From: Vicugna vicugna
Taxonomy: Eukaryota
Assembly (NCBI GenBank): GCA_013265495.1
Contig: MU058687.1
Location: 2,296,001-2,360,000 of the forward strand
Length of the DNA stretch: 64,000 bases
Reading direction: 5' to 3'
Within the stretch, counting starts at the first letter, position 1; every line of letters begins with the position of its first letter. The position numbers and the translations under genes were made by a program. The notes below the pieces were generated by a model. That model was given only the letters and a program-made list of their open reading frames with translations, did no database searches and was not told where the DNA came from. Positions 48,673 through 62,999 of the stretch are shown here, piece by piece.

Positions 48673-49914
48673 CCTACTGTCTTTCTGGTTGTCAGTAGCC
48701 TCTGTCCCTCCTCTCAGCCTGGACCCAGTTGGAGGAGGAAAGTTTCTTTTCTGCCACCTTGAAAGGCCAGTCTGGCCAAGAAAGGGAAGAAGTAACTGGA
48801 AACATCACGCTTCTCCAGAGATGGTCCTTAATCTTTGAAGAGGTAGGGAGGGGACATAGTGGCTGAACCCCCCACCGTGGGTGTCAGGATGGATCAGAGT
48901 TCAAAATGTAACCCTTCAATGTACAGCAGAAGTCGTGTGGCCCGTGGGGCTCACCATCTGTGTGCTTCCATAGATTTGCCCATCTGTAAAACAGGACTAA
49001 AACTCCAGAGTTATTGTGAGGATTGAATAAGCTTCTATGTGCAAAGCTCTTTGCACATAGTAAGTGCCTGCTTAACAAGAGAGGAAATTTTGTGTTATTA
49101 TTACATTAAATAATACAGTAGTGTTAAATTTCTTCTCCTCCAAAGGGCTTCCACATCTGTTTTCTTACTGAGTCTTTACAATCACCCAGGAAAATGAGGT
49201 GGTTTTTCTTGGACCCAGTTTACCAGTGCAGCAGGAAGTGTAGTCACTGGTCCGAGGTCACTCTACAAGGCACTGGGACTCTGAGGCCTGACCCTGAGGT
49301 CCCCGGGGGGGGTCCCAGTCTGGTACAACTGCAGCCCCAAGGGCCTTTCCTGGCACGCAGGACAGCAGCCCCTGCCCCTCTGATGCTCCACTCCTGGAGG
49401 AAGGACAAGGACTCTTCCTCCCGTCTTCCTGCCTCCCCTTCCCCGGGCAGCTGTCCTCCCAGCCCCTGCTCTGACTTCCCAGGGAGAAGGGCCCTAATCC
49501 TGTTTGGTCCTGGCAGGGGGTGGGCCCACCTCTCAAGCCAGTGGCAGGGCCGGTGTCATTGCCAGCAGCATCTTGGCGGGATGAAGGTTGCATTAGTGAG
49601 CAGTAATTGAAATGCAAAATAACATTTTGATCGAGCCAGCAGGCTGTTTATTTATCAGATCAATAGTCAAAATGCCCCATCTGGAGAATTCAGCGTGATA
49701 AGTGACAGCATTTCCAAGGGCAAGCCTGGTGAATCTGTCCCCCACCCCCAAAGGTCCAGATTAAGGGAGGGCCAAGGAGCCTGGAAGTGACTGTCACCTT
49801 AACGTCAGTTTTCCTCATTTTCATCTTATATCCAGTTTATAGAAGAGACCCAAATTGTCAGAATATCCTTGCTGTGGCTGGAAAGACCTATACCCCAGAG
49901 ACCCAGGAATCATA

Positions 49915-50150
49915 GTAACAGCTCGTAGTAACAGTTCGCTGAGCACTTACTACGTGCAGGCACTGCTGTCAGTGCTTTCCATTTATTGGGTCTCCTAATC
50001 CTGAGGACAATTCTCAGAGGTAGGGATCTTTATCTCACCCATTTTGCAGATGAAGAAACTGTGGCACAGGGAGGTTAAGCAGCTGGTAGCACAGCCAGTG
50101 AGTGACAAGGCCAGGATTCGAACCCAGGTGATCTGGGCCCAGAACCCTTG
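49915..50150 (-). mobile_element. MIR SINE
   Basis: gagcacttactacgtgcaggcactg...cccattttgcagatgaagaaactgtggcacagggaggttaag...ggattcgaacccagg. Confidence 0.85.
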
Positions 50151-51934
50151 TGCCTGGGCCTGGTTCGGTCCCCTCTGGAAGGTAGGGAGCAGCGGTGACT
50201 TTTTTCACTTATGTAAGTCAGGGTCCTGGCTCTAAAGTCAACACAAGCTTTTCCCAACCCCACTTCTCACAGGTTTTCATAAATTACATTGATTTTTGTG
50301 TTCAAATATCTTCTTTTAACATTTCAAACCTAGGTTTCTTGATAAATGGATCTCAGATGCTAGCTTCTCTAAGGCGCTTCCAAACACAGTACGTGATTTT
50401 AGGTTCTTAAAAATATTGACAGTAAGAAAAATCCACACATCCTTTGCGCAGTCTTTACACTAGGATTAGCAGAATTTGGTGAGAGCTGGTGGCGAGGTTT
50501 GGGTCCTTTCGGTGGGACTGTTGGCCTGGGTCTCTTTTCCTGAGGTGCTGGCTGACTCCCCTGCCCTGATCCTGGCCCTGTCTTGTGGCTCAGGCCTGTG
50601 ACTGTCACAGCCAGAGAGGGGCAGGCCTTGATTCATATCCCACCCAGCTCTCAGATCCCCGCCTTCATTTGTTCACTTGACAAGCATATTCGGAGCATCT
50701 GTTGTGTGTGTGGAAGCATTCTAGACAGTGAAGAACAGTAGAAAAGAAAAGCAGGCATGGCCCCTGCACTTGTGTACAGGGGGCAGGGGCCCCAAGATGG
50801 GAGCATGTGGTGTAATCCAGAAACAGCCAGGAGGCGAGTGTGGCTGGCACAGAGTGACCCCAGGGGAGAGCGGGCAGGGGCTAGCGTCACCTGAGGGCCT
50901 CCCAGCTGTGGAAAGTGGGAGTGTGATGGGAAGTCCCTGGCTGTTTCTGGCAGAGGCATGTTATGACTTACACCCCTTTGCTTTGTAACTCACTTCAGCA
51001 TTTCTGGCAGTGCAACCCTTGCTAAGATAATTAGCCCTTCTGAGCCTCAGTTTCTTCATCTGCAAAATGGGAACACCAGGTTGTTGAAAGGATTCAAAGA
51101 CCTAGTCCTTATAGGTTGATGCCCAGCACAGAGCAATTCCTCTATTATCATCAGTACAGAGATCTGAAGCAGGTTCCCAGCTGGCTGCAGTGCCAGGTCC
51201 CCCATCTGTCCACCTGAGTTAATGTCTCTCTGTCATCTGCCCAGGCTAACCATTAGCACAAAGGCTGAAAAACTGAGTCAGGAAGAGCAATGGATGCTGA
51301 GAGCCCCAAGCTTCCTGTGTCATCCCTGCTATGCATAAGGCCACATGGCAAGGGCCACTGCTCACAGCTGTGACCAGGCAGCGGATGGCAGTGTGGTCCC
51401 TCTCACTGGGTCTGCATACTGTCCTGCAAGAACAGCACATACAAATGAGACTCAAATGTGTGATTGCACAAGGAGTAGAGTGGAAATCAGCAGTGTGAGC
51501 CAAGCTCCTTGCATGCTGATTCTGTCTAGGGTTGTATCAATAGAAGTATAGTGTCTAGGATGAGGGGGGTGTCCGTATGGCTCTGAACTGGTCGGAGCTC
51601 ACCTGGAAGACTGTGCTTGATTCTGATACTCCTTTTTATGACAGGTAAACAGAGCAGATGGATTATTCATAAAGGAAAGCACAATGTGAAGAGGAGCGAT
51701 TCTAAGTCCAGAAGAGGCCTTCCTGGTGAGGACAGGACTCACCAGGGAGCAGGAAGCTGCCTTCAGCAATCTAGAGGGCTTTTATGTGGAATGGGGGGTG
51801 GGTTAGACTTGTTCTGTAGGTCCTGAGGGAGAGAGTTGTCTAAATTATAACTGAAAGCTCCAGAGGGAAGACATAGCTCTTTCTTCACAGCGCTCATCAC
51901 TAACAGAATTTATCCTATTTGGTTGCTTACCCAT

Positions 51935-52370
51935 TGTATTAGTTAGCATGGGTAACACTAGCTCTTATTACGTACAACCCCAGGGTTTCAGTGGCTTAGC
52001 ACGACAGAAGGTTACATTTTGTGCACATGACATTTTGGTGAAGGTGTTTGGCAGGTTGCCTTACATGAGGTTTTTCATGGGCACAGGTTCCTTCTACCCT
52101 GTGGCTCTGCCACCCCCCAGGGCCATGGAGCCCCCTCGTGGAAACGCTGCCTGGATCCTATGTGGCCTGCAGGTGGGAAAGAGCAGAGAGACAGAGGGAG
52201 TAGGGTAAGGGAGTGCCATGGGAGAGTCTTATGGACCAGATGGGGGAGTGGCTTACATCACTTTGCCCACATGCCGTTGGCCAGGACCCAGTCTATGGCC
52301 ACACCTCACTGCAGGGGAGGCTCGGAAATGTGGTCTTCCTGGTGTCTAGGAAAAACATGAAATTGCTTTC
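51935..52370 (-). mobile_element. Old MaLR LTR (MLT1 family)
   Basis: tgtattagttag...tttcagtggcttagcac...atggccacacctcactgcaggggaggctcggaaatgtggtctt are typical MLT1 segments. Right end is approximate. Confidence 0.7.
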
Positions 52371-52392
52371 TCAGTCTCAGCTATACTTACTT

Positions 52393-52560
52393 ATCATATT
52401 TCATTGAATCTAGGCCATCATCTATTGTTAAAGACACAGTTATTTGGGGGAACCACTAATTAAATTAAGCCATGGCATGCCATCGATTCAAGATGCATTC
52501 TGATTGCCAAGATGTTAAGATGCGAAAAAATGATGTAGTTTAGAGTCAATAAAATATGGT
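52393..52560. mobile_element. Short Tc1/mariner-superfamily non-autonomous element (MER104/Tc2-like) with terminal inverted repeats
   Basis: atcatatttcattgaatcta (52393-52412) matches the reverse complement of tagagtcaataaaatatggt (52541-52560) at 17 of 20 positions. Confidence 0.7.
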
Positions 52561-53394
52561 GGTGTCAGGCCTTGGGAGCACTAATCTGTCCACCTTGGGC
52601 ACCAGTCCATCCCCAGGACTAAAAGTATCTGGCAGATGGTAGATATTCAAGGCATAGGCATGGAATGCATGAGGGAGGGAGAGAGGGAGTGGATGAATGA
52701 ATGAGGTAGTGTGGGAGATGGTGAGGTGTCAGAACCACCGTGTGTGAGCTACCGCATCAGGGGATGAGGCCTCATCACTCACCTGAGCAGAGGTGCTGCC
52801 ATGTTCCCCAGGCTCCCAAGGCTGCCGCCCTGGCTGGCCCCCTTCTCTGCTGCCAGTTTCGATATTCTCCTTCCTTGCTGCACGTGATGTGAAGGATGAC
52901 CTCGCTCACACTTGAGCTGTCCATCTTACTGCCTCCGTGCCTGGGGAGGCAGCCGTGATGCCCAGGTACGTGGGAGAGACGCACTGGCCTGGCTTGGGTC
53001 AGGTGCACAGCCCCGGGTCACTCCGCTGGGCCAGCAGGATGGAGGTCAGTGCGAATGTGGCAATTCCTGTGCGAGCTCTGTGTGCACCCGGGAGAAAGAG
53101 AGAGAATGTTGGACCTGGGTGTCAGCTCCTGGGAGAGAGCCTGATTAGATATAATAGTTGGTTCTAGTAGTGCCTGAACAAGGAGCCCCTTGACCTGAAA
53201 AAGGACTGTCTTGGTGGAAGTTCCGGCATGCAGAGAGGCACACAGATGCACAATTAAGTGGTAGGTGGGTGGATGCACGGGTGGATGACTGATGGAAGGA
53301 AAGAGGGAACAAGACAGTTGTGCTTGCTGTGAGACTGAACTTTTTAGAGACTGAATGGAAGCTGTCTCCTCATTACTAAAAAGGGGTGCTAGTA

Positions 53395-53620
53395 ACAACT
53401 GCTGACATGCATTTATTGAGCACTTACTGTATGCCAGGCACTGTTCTAAGCTCTTTTCTGTATTAACTCGCTAATCCTCAAGACCACCCTATGAGATAAT
53501 TATCATCATCCTCATTTTACAGATGAGGAAACTGAGGCCCAGAAAGGTTAAATAACTTGTAAGAGACAGAACTGGAATTCAGACTCAGGCAGCTGAGCTC
53601 CAGGCACTAAGCTCTATGGA
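53395..53620 (-). mobile_element. MIR SINE
   Basis: catttattgagcacttactgtatgccaggcactgttctaag...cctcattttacagatgaggaaactgaggcccagaaaggttaa. Confidence 0.9.
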
Positions 53621-53788
53621 CCAGCACCATCACTACTGTGAGAATTCAATGCTATCTGGAAACTGCCAGATCTGTTCAACGACAGTGGGTAGGATGTTTA
53701 TGCCCGATCACTGCTTGATATAGGATGAAAGTAAAAACAGGTTTAGGAAGAGTTAAGATTCCCAGATGTCAGATCTCTAATAGCTATT

Positions 53789-53953
53789 TTTAAAATTAGG
53801 TTTATTTATTTATTTTATTTTGGGGAGGAGGGAGGTACTTAGATTTATTTATTTATTTGCTTTTTAGAGGAGGTACTAGGGATTGAACCCAGGACCTCCT
53901 CCGTGCATGCTAAGCATGTGCTCTACCTCTTTGAGCTGTATCCTGCCCCCTCC
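53789..53953 (-). mobile_element. tRNA-Ala-derived SINE (vic-1-like) with 10-bp TSD
   Basis: ggaggtactagggattgaacccaggacc...gtgcatgctaagcatgtgctctacc...gagct. TSD AATAGCTATT at 53779-53788 and 53954-53963. Confidence 0.9.
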
Positions 53954-55325
53954 AATAGCTATTGGAAGGAAGATCACTAGAGATGTGTTTGGGGGCACCT
54001 TCTGAAACTGTGATGCTGTCCTTCCTCCAGACATACCCCCTTGTGGTGTCAGAGGCTGAGCGGGCTAAAGTAAGAGTGGACAGGTACCTCTGACTCCTGC
54101 GTGAGAGCGCTCCCCTGAGAGGACCGGGCGAGGGCTCAAGTTTCGAATTGATCTCCCCAGAGGAGGGTCCTCTTTCTAATCTGCATGCAGCCATCCTGCG
54201 AGCCAGCAGGGCTGTCCACTGTGGGCCGGCGGAGCTTTGCCGGGGACCGGGTCCTCCCAGCTGTCCCTGGGCAGCCACTCAGCATCCAGCAGTCTCCTCC
54301 TGCTTTGGCAAAGCCTCTCTCTTCTCACAATGATGGATGCAGCTTGGAACATTGTGGATAAAAAGCCCCGATTGAAAGGCGCTAATTACCCATCATTATT
54401 TTCCGTGCCGTAATTTGTGTGGAACGAGATTTCAATCAGTTGTCTGGGATCAGCCTGGTTTTGACTAATCTTTCTAACGACAAGATGCTTAATTACAGAT
54501 TTTTGCCTGAGTCCCAGCGAATGGGGCGGCGGGAAGCAGGCTCTCCCTGAAGCCAGTTTGCTATTGGGTCATTTTGTAGTCCCGGGTCCCAGCGGGGCCC
54601 TCGAGGGGAGAGAGAGAAACAGAGAATCAGGAAAGCACTCCTGAGGAGACCAGATAAAACCGAACCTGCACAGGACCGGTGCTGTGCTAGTGACGAGGTG
54701 ATGGAGGGTGGCAGGCGAGCCGCCGCCTGAGTCAGCTTGTTCCCCTGCTCAGGGCACCTGCCCACTTTGTCTCTCCACCCCCGGCCAGCCCCCAGCCAGC
54801 CTGGCTTTCCAGTTAGTGTCTTTGAATGAATCACCACTTCCGGGGGCTTCAGCTCCTCATCTGAAAGTCACCGGGCCAGGCAGGAGAATTTCTGAGCACT
54901 TATGACTCACTGACTCTCTCTGTGCTGGTGTCTGTCCAGAAAAGTGGAACCAATGTTGAATGATACGCGTCACAAGATTTCAGTCTCAAGGAGTGATAAA
55001 AACACTACTTAGGTGATTCAGACTAATTTTGGGGAAGGTCAATTTGAATTTAAGAAATACATGCATTTAAAGAAAAAAATATATATATAACTAATGGACT
55101 CAGATGCATAGAATTGGATTAAGTATAATTTTTGGTTCATAATTTTCATCACTGGCTCCCCTTTCCTCCCTCCTTCCTTCCCTCTCCCGTAAGAAGTGCC
55201 CATGAATCCACATCCCGACAGGGGTGCTGGGACCTTGACTGTTATTCACATTTACCCACATGGTCCTCCCCATCCTCTCCCACAATTAAAAGCTCGTTCT
55301 GCATTCTCTAATAATAATTTTTTGA

Positions 55326-55490
55326 CATTTTTGTTTTAAAATTTATTTTTTAATCAGTCTTTTTTGGTGTGGGGTGGGTGATTAAGTTGTTTAATTATTT
55401 ATTTACTTAAGGGAGGAACTGGGGATTGAACCTAGGACTTCGTGCAGACTGAACATGAGCTCTACCACTGAGCTGTATACCACCCTCCCT
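55326..55490 (-). mobile_element. tRNA-Ala-derived SINE (vic-1-like, more diverged)
   Basis: ggaggaactggggattgaacctaggacttcgtgcagactgaacatgagctctaccactgagct with a T-rich tail on the left. Similar taata(a)ttttt...ga flanks suggest a TSD. Confidence 0.82.
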
Positions 55491-57245
55491 TAATATTTTT
55501 GAAAGAAGTTTAACTGTGTTACCTTTGGTGCCTCAGGTGCTGATTCGTAACAAGCAAAGCCTTGCGGGAGGGTCTGAGAGTCCGCCCTAATGACTAGCTC
55601 TGTGAACCCTGGTTAGCAAATTAATTATGGAAATATACATAAGTCTCTCAAGTGTTCAGAAACCGTTTTTCTTCTATAGAGTGGATTCCCGTTTCAGGCT
55701 TTTTTTATCCTCTTAATTTGCCCAACCTGCCACTTTCCTGGTAAATGGCAAGTTCCTTGTGGAATTATCCTCCATTCTGGATCTGGGGACCGGCTTGAGG
55801 GGAGAGCTTTGCTGGGTTTAACCCCGAGCCACCACCAGCTGCTGGATTTTCCGGAAGGGGTTTCCTGGGAGAATCACAGTAGCAGCTTGCTGTCCGCTGA
55901 GAGCTTGCTGGGCCCTGGCACGTTCTGAACGTTTTGCCTGCATGGGCCCTTGCTCAGCCAGAACAATCTTATGAAGGAGGTGCTGTGAGTGAGCCCATTT
56001 TCCAGATGAGGACCCTGAGGCCTAGAGAAGGTGACCTGTTTACTCAGAGTCAACAGCTACTAGGAACTGGCTCATCTGTCATCAGAGTGCAGGCTCATAA
56101 CCGGCATGTGACTCTCTGGCTTGTTCCTGCTCTTCCCCGGGTGGCCCTGGCACAGAGCCAACAGGCAGCTCTGAGGGCAGCCCCTCTGCATGTGATCAGA
56201 TCCTTGTGTGTGACAGAGTGGACTTGACCCAGCAGAGGAAAGCAAGCCCGGCTCTAGGCCAGTCAGGCTGGTCCTTCCCTGTCCCCCACCCCGGGAGCTT
56301 CTGTTCCTCCAGCTTCTCTCCTGCTGCCTGCCCACCAGCAGGCAGCCTTTAGGCTGATAGATCTCTAGGATTCCAACTTAACAATTGGTGATGGTCTCTT
56401 GCTGATATCCTGGAATTTCTCTTCCTCTGGAGGTCTGTGACAAAACAGCTGAACAGTTGTGTTTCCCTCAGAACTTCCAAGATTCTGTTGGTCTTTGTAT
56501 TAGGAAAACCTTCAGCTCACTTTGTTGTCTAGCAAAGTGATGTCTGACAGCGGCAGAGAGCACCCCAGTAAGCTCAGTCGCCCCTGGAGGTCAGGCATCT
56601 CTGGGGTCTGGGGCCCCACATTGGACGCTGAGGGGGCTGGGCCTGGGTGGGGGCCGGTGGGGGCATGTTAATCAGATGCTAGTGAAATTGAGGCCAGGGC
56701 CGCTCTGGCTGCCCTCCCGTTAGGAGATGGATCAGAGGGAAAATGATGCCTCGAGGGGCTTCGACCACTGACTTCTACTCTTTCAAAGGCGGCTCAGATG
56801 GGGCATTGGTCCCCTCCCATAAAGTCAATAGTCATCGACCAGTTGGGAACTGGATCCCAGCCAAGCACAGAGGATGGACTCGACATGACCCTCTCTCTCC
56901 TCCCCAGAGCACAAGTGTCAGCCACCTCCCCCTCATCCCTAGGCCACGCTTTTCCTAAGCACCATGCTGGCCACCCACCCTGTGGCCACGTCCTCCTGGG
57001 CCTTAGCATCAGGACTCCACCTCTGAGATCTTCCCTGACCCGAGCTCCCATCCTTCCAGCAGTCTCTACCCTTCCTCCTGCTGTACCTCTGCCTCTGCCC
57101 ACTGGACCCCCTATGCTCTTGGCCCCTCCGTTTTCTCCCAATTCTGCTCTTTCTGACATCACTCCCCTCTATCCCCAAACTACACTATTGGTCCAACCCT
57201 CAGCTCCCAGGCCCCTTGTCCACCCTCTTCCTTGAACATCCAAAT

Positions 57246-57460
57246 GTGTAGTTCTCAACTGGGGGGTGATATTCCCCCACCCTCCAGAATGTCTGGCAGT
57301 GTCTGAAGAAGGATTTGGTTGTCATTTCTGGGGGTGGGGGTGCTACTGCCTTCTAGTGGGTAGAGGCCAGAGATGCTGCTGAATGTCCCACAGTGCACAG
57401 GACACCCCACAACAGAGAATTACCTGCCCAGGTGTCAGTGGTGCCCGGGCTGGGAACTCA
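57246..57460. mobile_element. MER20-like hAT-Charlie DNA-transposon fossil
   Basis: gttctcaactggggggtgat...tttggttgtca...ggggtgctactg...tctagtgggtagaggccagagatgctgct...cacaggacacccc...acaacagagaatta. Confidence 0.8.
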
Positions 57461-60400
57461 GACCTGAGCTGCCCGAGGACTCAGGCTCCCCTGCGCTGCT
57501 GCCCCTGCAGAGTTAAGGGCCTGGCAAACCTTTACGGCCCTGATTTCTGTTCTCTCCTCCTCCCACAGTTGCTGTCCCAAATTTTCTTCCTTTTGCTAGA
57601 CCTCGTGACCTCAGCCTTCATCCCTGCATCTCCCACTTCAGGGAGTGAGGAGAGAGGCTGCATGGGGTAGGAGTGAGGGAGGTGAGGGGCCTCAACTCTC
57701 CCCAAGGCCACCCCCAAACTTCCCCTCTGCACAGCAGGCCTTCACTCCCTCTCTGACTGCTTCAGCTAATTCTCTTCCAGGGGCACCCAGATTCCTTGTA
57801 AACTCCAACCAGGTTCCCTGACTGCATCTGTTACTCCCATAGGATTCAAACTTGACTCCCTGGAGAGTCACAGCTGGAGGGCTAAAAACAAACAAACCAG
57901 CAAAACCAAACATGCAGATGTGTGGGCCCCACCTGCAGAGATGAATGTGCAAAATGTGGCTGGGGTGGGGTGGGGCGTGGAGAGGGGGTGGTCAGGTCCA
58001 GGAAGCTACCTGTTCTGCAAGCACCTCGGCTGACTCTGATGGAGGTCAGACGAGAATCTGAGAAAAGCTGACATTCATCTTCCATAATTTCAATCTCTCC
58101 ATCTCGATTCCCTCCTTACCATAAGCAGGTGACATAGAGTCGCCCTGTAATTCACTGTCTACTCTAGGGCAAGACAGGGCGTGATGGGGAATTATACTGG
58201 GTCAGTAGATGGGATCAGGACTGCCCAGGGCAAACTGGAAAGTAATTTTTAAATTCCTTAAATTCCTAACCTTCTTGGCACACCCCCTCCTCATCAAAGA
58301 AGCCGATGATTACTGACAATAACAACAAAAACATTCCTTCTCAGCCTCCACCACCCCCAAGTTCAAGTGGCTGGTGCTGCCTGAAGGTGTGTTAGGGGCC
58401 CCCCACCCCCTCCTCTGCCATCTCAGCGGAACTTCTCGAGAGGATTGTCTGCCTCCCGTACTTCCCGCAGCCCTTGCCAGGTGGCTCCCATCCCCCAGTG
58501 CCCTGACTCTGTTCTGGGAAGGCCACTAGTCGCCTCCTGACTGCTCACTGCAGGGCACACTTGTCCCTTCTGACTTCCCCTGACTGCAGCTGCACGCCCC
58601 CTTCTCGACGGCTCTCCTCACTGCAGTTCACCACTCACCCTCTTTCTCTTCTCCAGCTCCACTGGCCACTTCTTCTCTGCCCTCTCCTTGGACTTCTTTT
58701 CCTCTGTTTTTCTTTTACATTTTGCTTTTGAATATATGAACGACGTCCCAGAGGTCCCGATGCAGGGGGCAGGTTTCCTGGAGGGAAAATAAATGCAAAT
58801 GTGAATGAATGAGTGACTGAAAGTATGAAGCCGGACCAGAGGGACATGGCAGGCAGGGGGGTGGACTCTTGAGGCCAGGGTCAAGTTTGCTTCCTTCTCA
58901 GTCCTAGAGTCTGACCAGGGCCCCGGGGCAGGGACCTGGACAGGGTGCACAGCCTGCTAAAGAGTGCTCTGTGCCCTTCTGAACCAAGGAGAGGGGCAGG
59001 AGGGGAAACCAAGGTTTAGGGGATGAAGCCTCTGCTTGCCCTGGGTGTCCTCCAGGGCCGGCTGAGCTGTGAGGCTGGGAAGACGGTGGGGAAACTTGTG
59101 GCCTGCTGTCCACCTTCAGGCCGGCTCCCCAGCTGCTTCCCTCAGGGCCCTTGCTGCTTCCAAGGGGGCAGATCTGAAGCGGGTAGCACATAATACATGC
59201 TCACTCAATAGCACTTGCTGTAATTACTGTTGATTTTATCAGGTGTAGCTCCCGAAATCTCTGGGGCTCTCACAAGCCCGGGGGAGCGGTGGGCTGGAAG
59301 GCTGGGATCTGGGAGCAGTCTCAGGCAGCAGTGTTTGTCACCGTGGGCCGGGGATGTTCCTGTGAACCTCAGAGCCTCAAGCAGCTGCAGGAGGGGATTA
59401 CAAATGTAAGAGCACCTGGTCCCTCTCCCTGCAGGCCCCATGCAAGGGTGCTGCACGGAGGCACCCTACAGGTGCATATTGTGTCTGACCAGGCCAGTGG
59501 CGTTTCCTGAGGACACACCAGGGACATGTGGGTCACGTGGAGCCCAGGGACATGACAGGGCACCAGCCAGAGATGTACAAAAAAGCAAAACAAAAGCCCA
59601 GAGGAGACTCTCAATGGGGTACGCTCTGCTGACGTAAGGGAAACTTGGGGCCAGTGGGAGAGGTGTCTCGGAAGACTCAGGAGAGACCCAGGAGCCTCTG
59701 CCTTCAAACACCACATTCCATAGATAATACACTGCTTGACAGTAGGAGCCTTATAGGTATGTTTTATCTTTTTATCAGAAGCAGCTCCCAGCTTCTGATT
59801 AGAACTGTCTTTAGGGCAATGAGTTCCCTGCCTCCGGACATGTTCAAGGATAGATGGATGGGACAACCCCTGGGAGGTGTATTGACTACGAGATCATTAG
59901 TGGGACCAGGGACAGTGGAGGCCCCTCCCCATCATAAGATTTCTGGCCTTTGGTGGTGTAGGTGTATGGCCAAGGCTGTGTTGTAAGGGTGGGCTTTGTG
60001 GATGTGATAAGATAGCCCCTTCCCCATATGGTACCCAACCCTTTCCTCAAGGAGTGCTCAGAAAACAGAGGCTACCTCTGAGCATCACTGGAGGTAGGAC
60101 CATGGCTGCTCCCCCAGTGAGCCCTCCAGCCCTAGGACCCTCCGTCCCGCCCTCCCAACCTGGGGTCATCTTTCCACAAGTGGGGCTATACTGCCGCCCT
60201 CTCCAGCCCTTTTCATTCTCCAGGAGATTTCCCTCTTCTTTCACCTGCTCTGCAGGCCTCAGCCTTGGCTTCTTTTTTATCTCCACTTGGCCAGGCCAAG
60301 ACAAGGACAGATGGACCCTGCCCCAGGCTCCTGACACCAGGTCCTGGCTGGCCCAGAGCTCTTGAGTGAGGGCTTCAGCTGGGTTCCCTGAAGGCACCTT

Positions 60401-61313
60401 CATCTTTTTGCCCTTTGCTCTTCTTGCTTATGAGGGAGAGGAGCCCCTCCCCACGTCCTGGGAACTGGGATGTGGGAGGGTCCCACCTAGCCTGCCTTCT
60501 CACCCACCCTGCATGGTTCTGGGAGGAGGGGTTTTCATGATGGGAAATATTGTATGACCTTCCATGGTGATCCTGCTTCCCTTGACCCTACAGGTGAGGC
60601 CGGGGAACTTAGAGGTTGAAACTTAAGGTTAGGAGACAGCTGGGGGATGCTCGGAGTTGGGGTTGGAAGGCTCCCTCGTGTTGCATGATGCAGGCACAGC
60701 CTCTTGAGGGGGAGGCCAGCCTGAGCAGGGACTAGGAAGGAGAATGAGAGAGGAGGCCTGGGAGCCACCCTCCAGATGTGCCCTGGGCCAGAGGCAGAAC
60801 CCAGAAGGCAATCAATTTGGCTGATGCCCTGGCCACAAGCCCTGCCTCTTGTCCGGGCCAGATGACTTGGTATCTCTCATCCCAATCTCCATGATGGTGG
60901 CATTTCCGGGGAAGCTCCAAGCTTGGGCTTACCTGCTGCCCCAGTGAGTCCAGACCAGGGTTATCAGATCATTGTTGTGAGGGTGTCTGGCCCAGGGGCT
61001 GGTACCCCTGGATACTCAAATGTACTGTTGTGTGGGAAGGTTGGCCAAATATTTTGGTTGACTTGTTGCCACTTTTTGTCCCCCTCAGACCAGCAATATG
61101 CAAAGGGTTGGGGTGCCTCAGCTGAAGTTTATTGATCAAACATAGTTCTTTGAAGACTCAGAGGTTCTGGAGGGGTAATGCCAGAAAATCGCTCTGGGCT
61201 GTGCCATTTTTCAGACCCATTGACCTTCTCAGCCAACATTTTATCTCACCAATGCCTTAGCCTCGGCCCCTCCCAGCCACCCCACCCACCTGGTGCCCAA
61301 AGCCTGAAGCTAA

Positions 61314-61907
<594 letters not shown>

Positions 61908-62999
61908 TAGAGGCTCCCTTTTAACTGACTCCCAGGGTTTCTCACTCTGAGATTCTGGACCAGGGCTCCAACTTCCAGACTGTGGTTGAAATGGTGCACA
62001 TCCCCACAGGGCACCCCAGAAAACCCCAAGAAAAGCCACACAGATGCCTTAGCACAGGTGTGCCTCACACTCAGATAGGGAACACTGTCAAATGTGTGTC
62101 CCTACAAGGCAGATTTGGGGGAAACAAGTTAGCTCTCTTGGCCCTGCCATGCCAGGCCTCTTGAACTCTAACAGGGCTCTCATTTTGTTTTCTTCATAAT
62201 TTTTAATTGCACAAGTCGAGCATGAATATTTTCCTTGTTGTAAAAGAGTCAGGGCCACAGAGCAAGGGAAATTTCCCCCGCTCACTGTCCCATCTCCATA
62301 TGGCCAGTCTTCTGGGGCTTTTGACAATGCATCTGCATATCAGCTGAGTCACGTTTTGATGGCCATGGAGAGGCTGCCTCTTTTCATGGGTACCAACTCG
62401 GATGAAGGTGGCCAAGAGCCCCCACGGTGCACTCTGTGAAGTCAGTCCTAGGTAAACTGGGGAGAAGGGTGGGTCCACCCTCCCAGGGCTGTCATCAAGT
62501 TCATGGCACAGGGCCTAGCACGGAGGAACAGCCGGCCGCGGCAGCCGAGATTCCCACTACAGTGGGCCACGGGGAGCGTGCTTGCTTCTGCATTCCGACG
62601 CGTCATCCGTGAGCACCTTCTAAATGCCAGCCTGATGCTAGGACAGACACACTGCCCTCTGCTCGTGGAAGTCACTGAGATGAGCCCATGCCATCCGCGA
62701 TCACTGAAACTGCAAGCCAGGCTGCAGAAAGCCCAGGGCACCTGCCCTGCCCCTGGCCCAGCCTGGCTGTGGGGTGGGCCCTCCCGTCCCCACTCCTCTA
62801 TTTCACTTTTGGAAGAGGCAGTCTGAGCTCCCCTGGGGTGATTCTCAGTTTGTTCATTCAATGAATATTTGTTTAAATTTCTTGTGACAATGTATTTATT
62901 GAATTAATCGAGGGCACTAGGATTGGCCAGGTTTCCAGTTGAGATATTGTGGTGTCTAACCACCCAGCGGGCTCCCGGGTCAGACAGCTCCTTCCCTTC

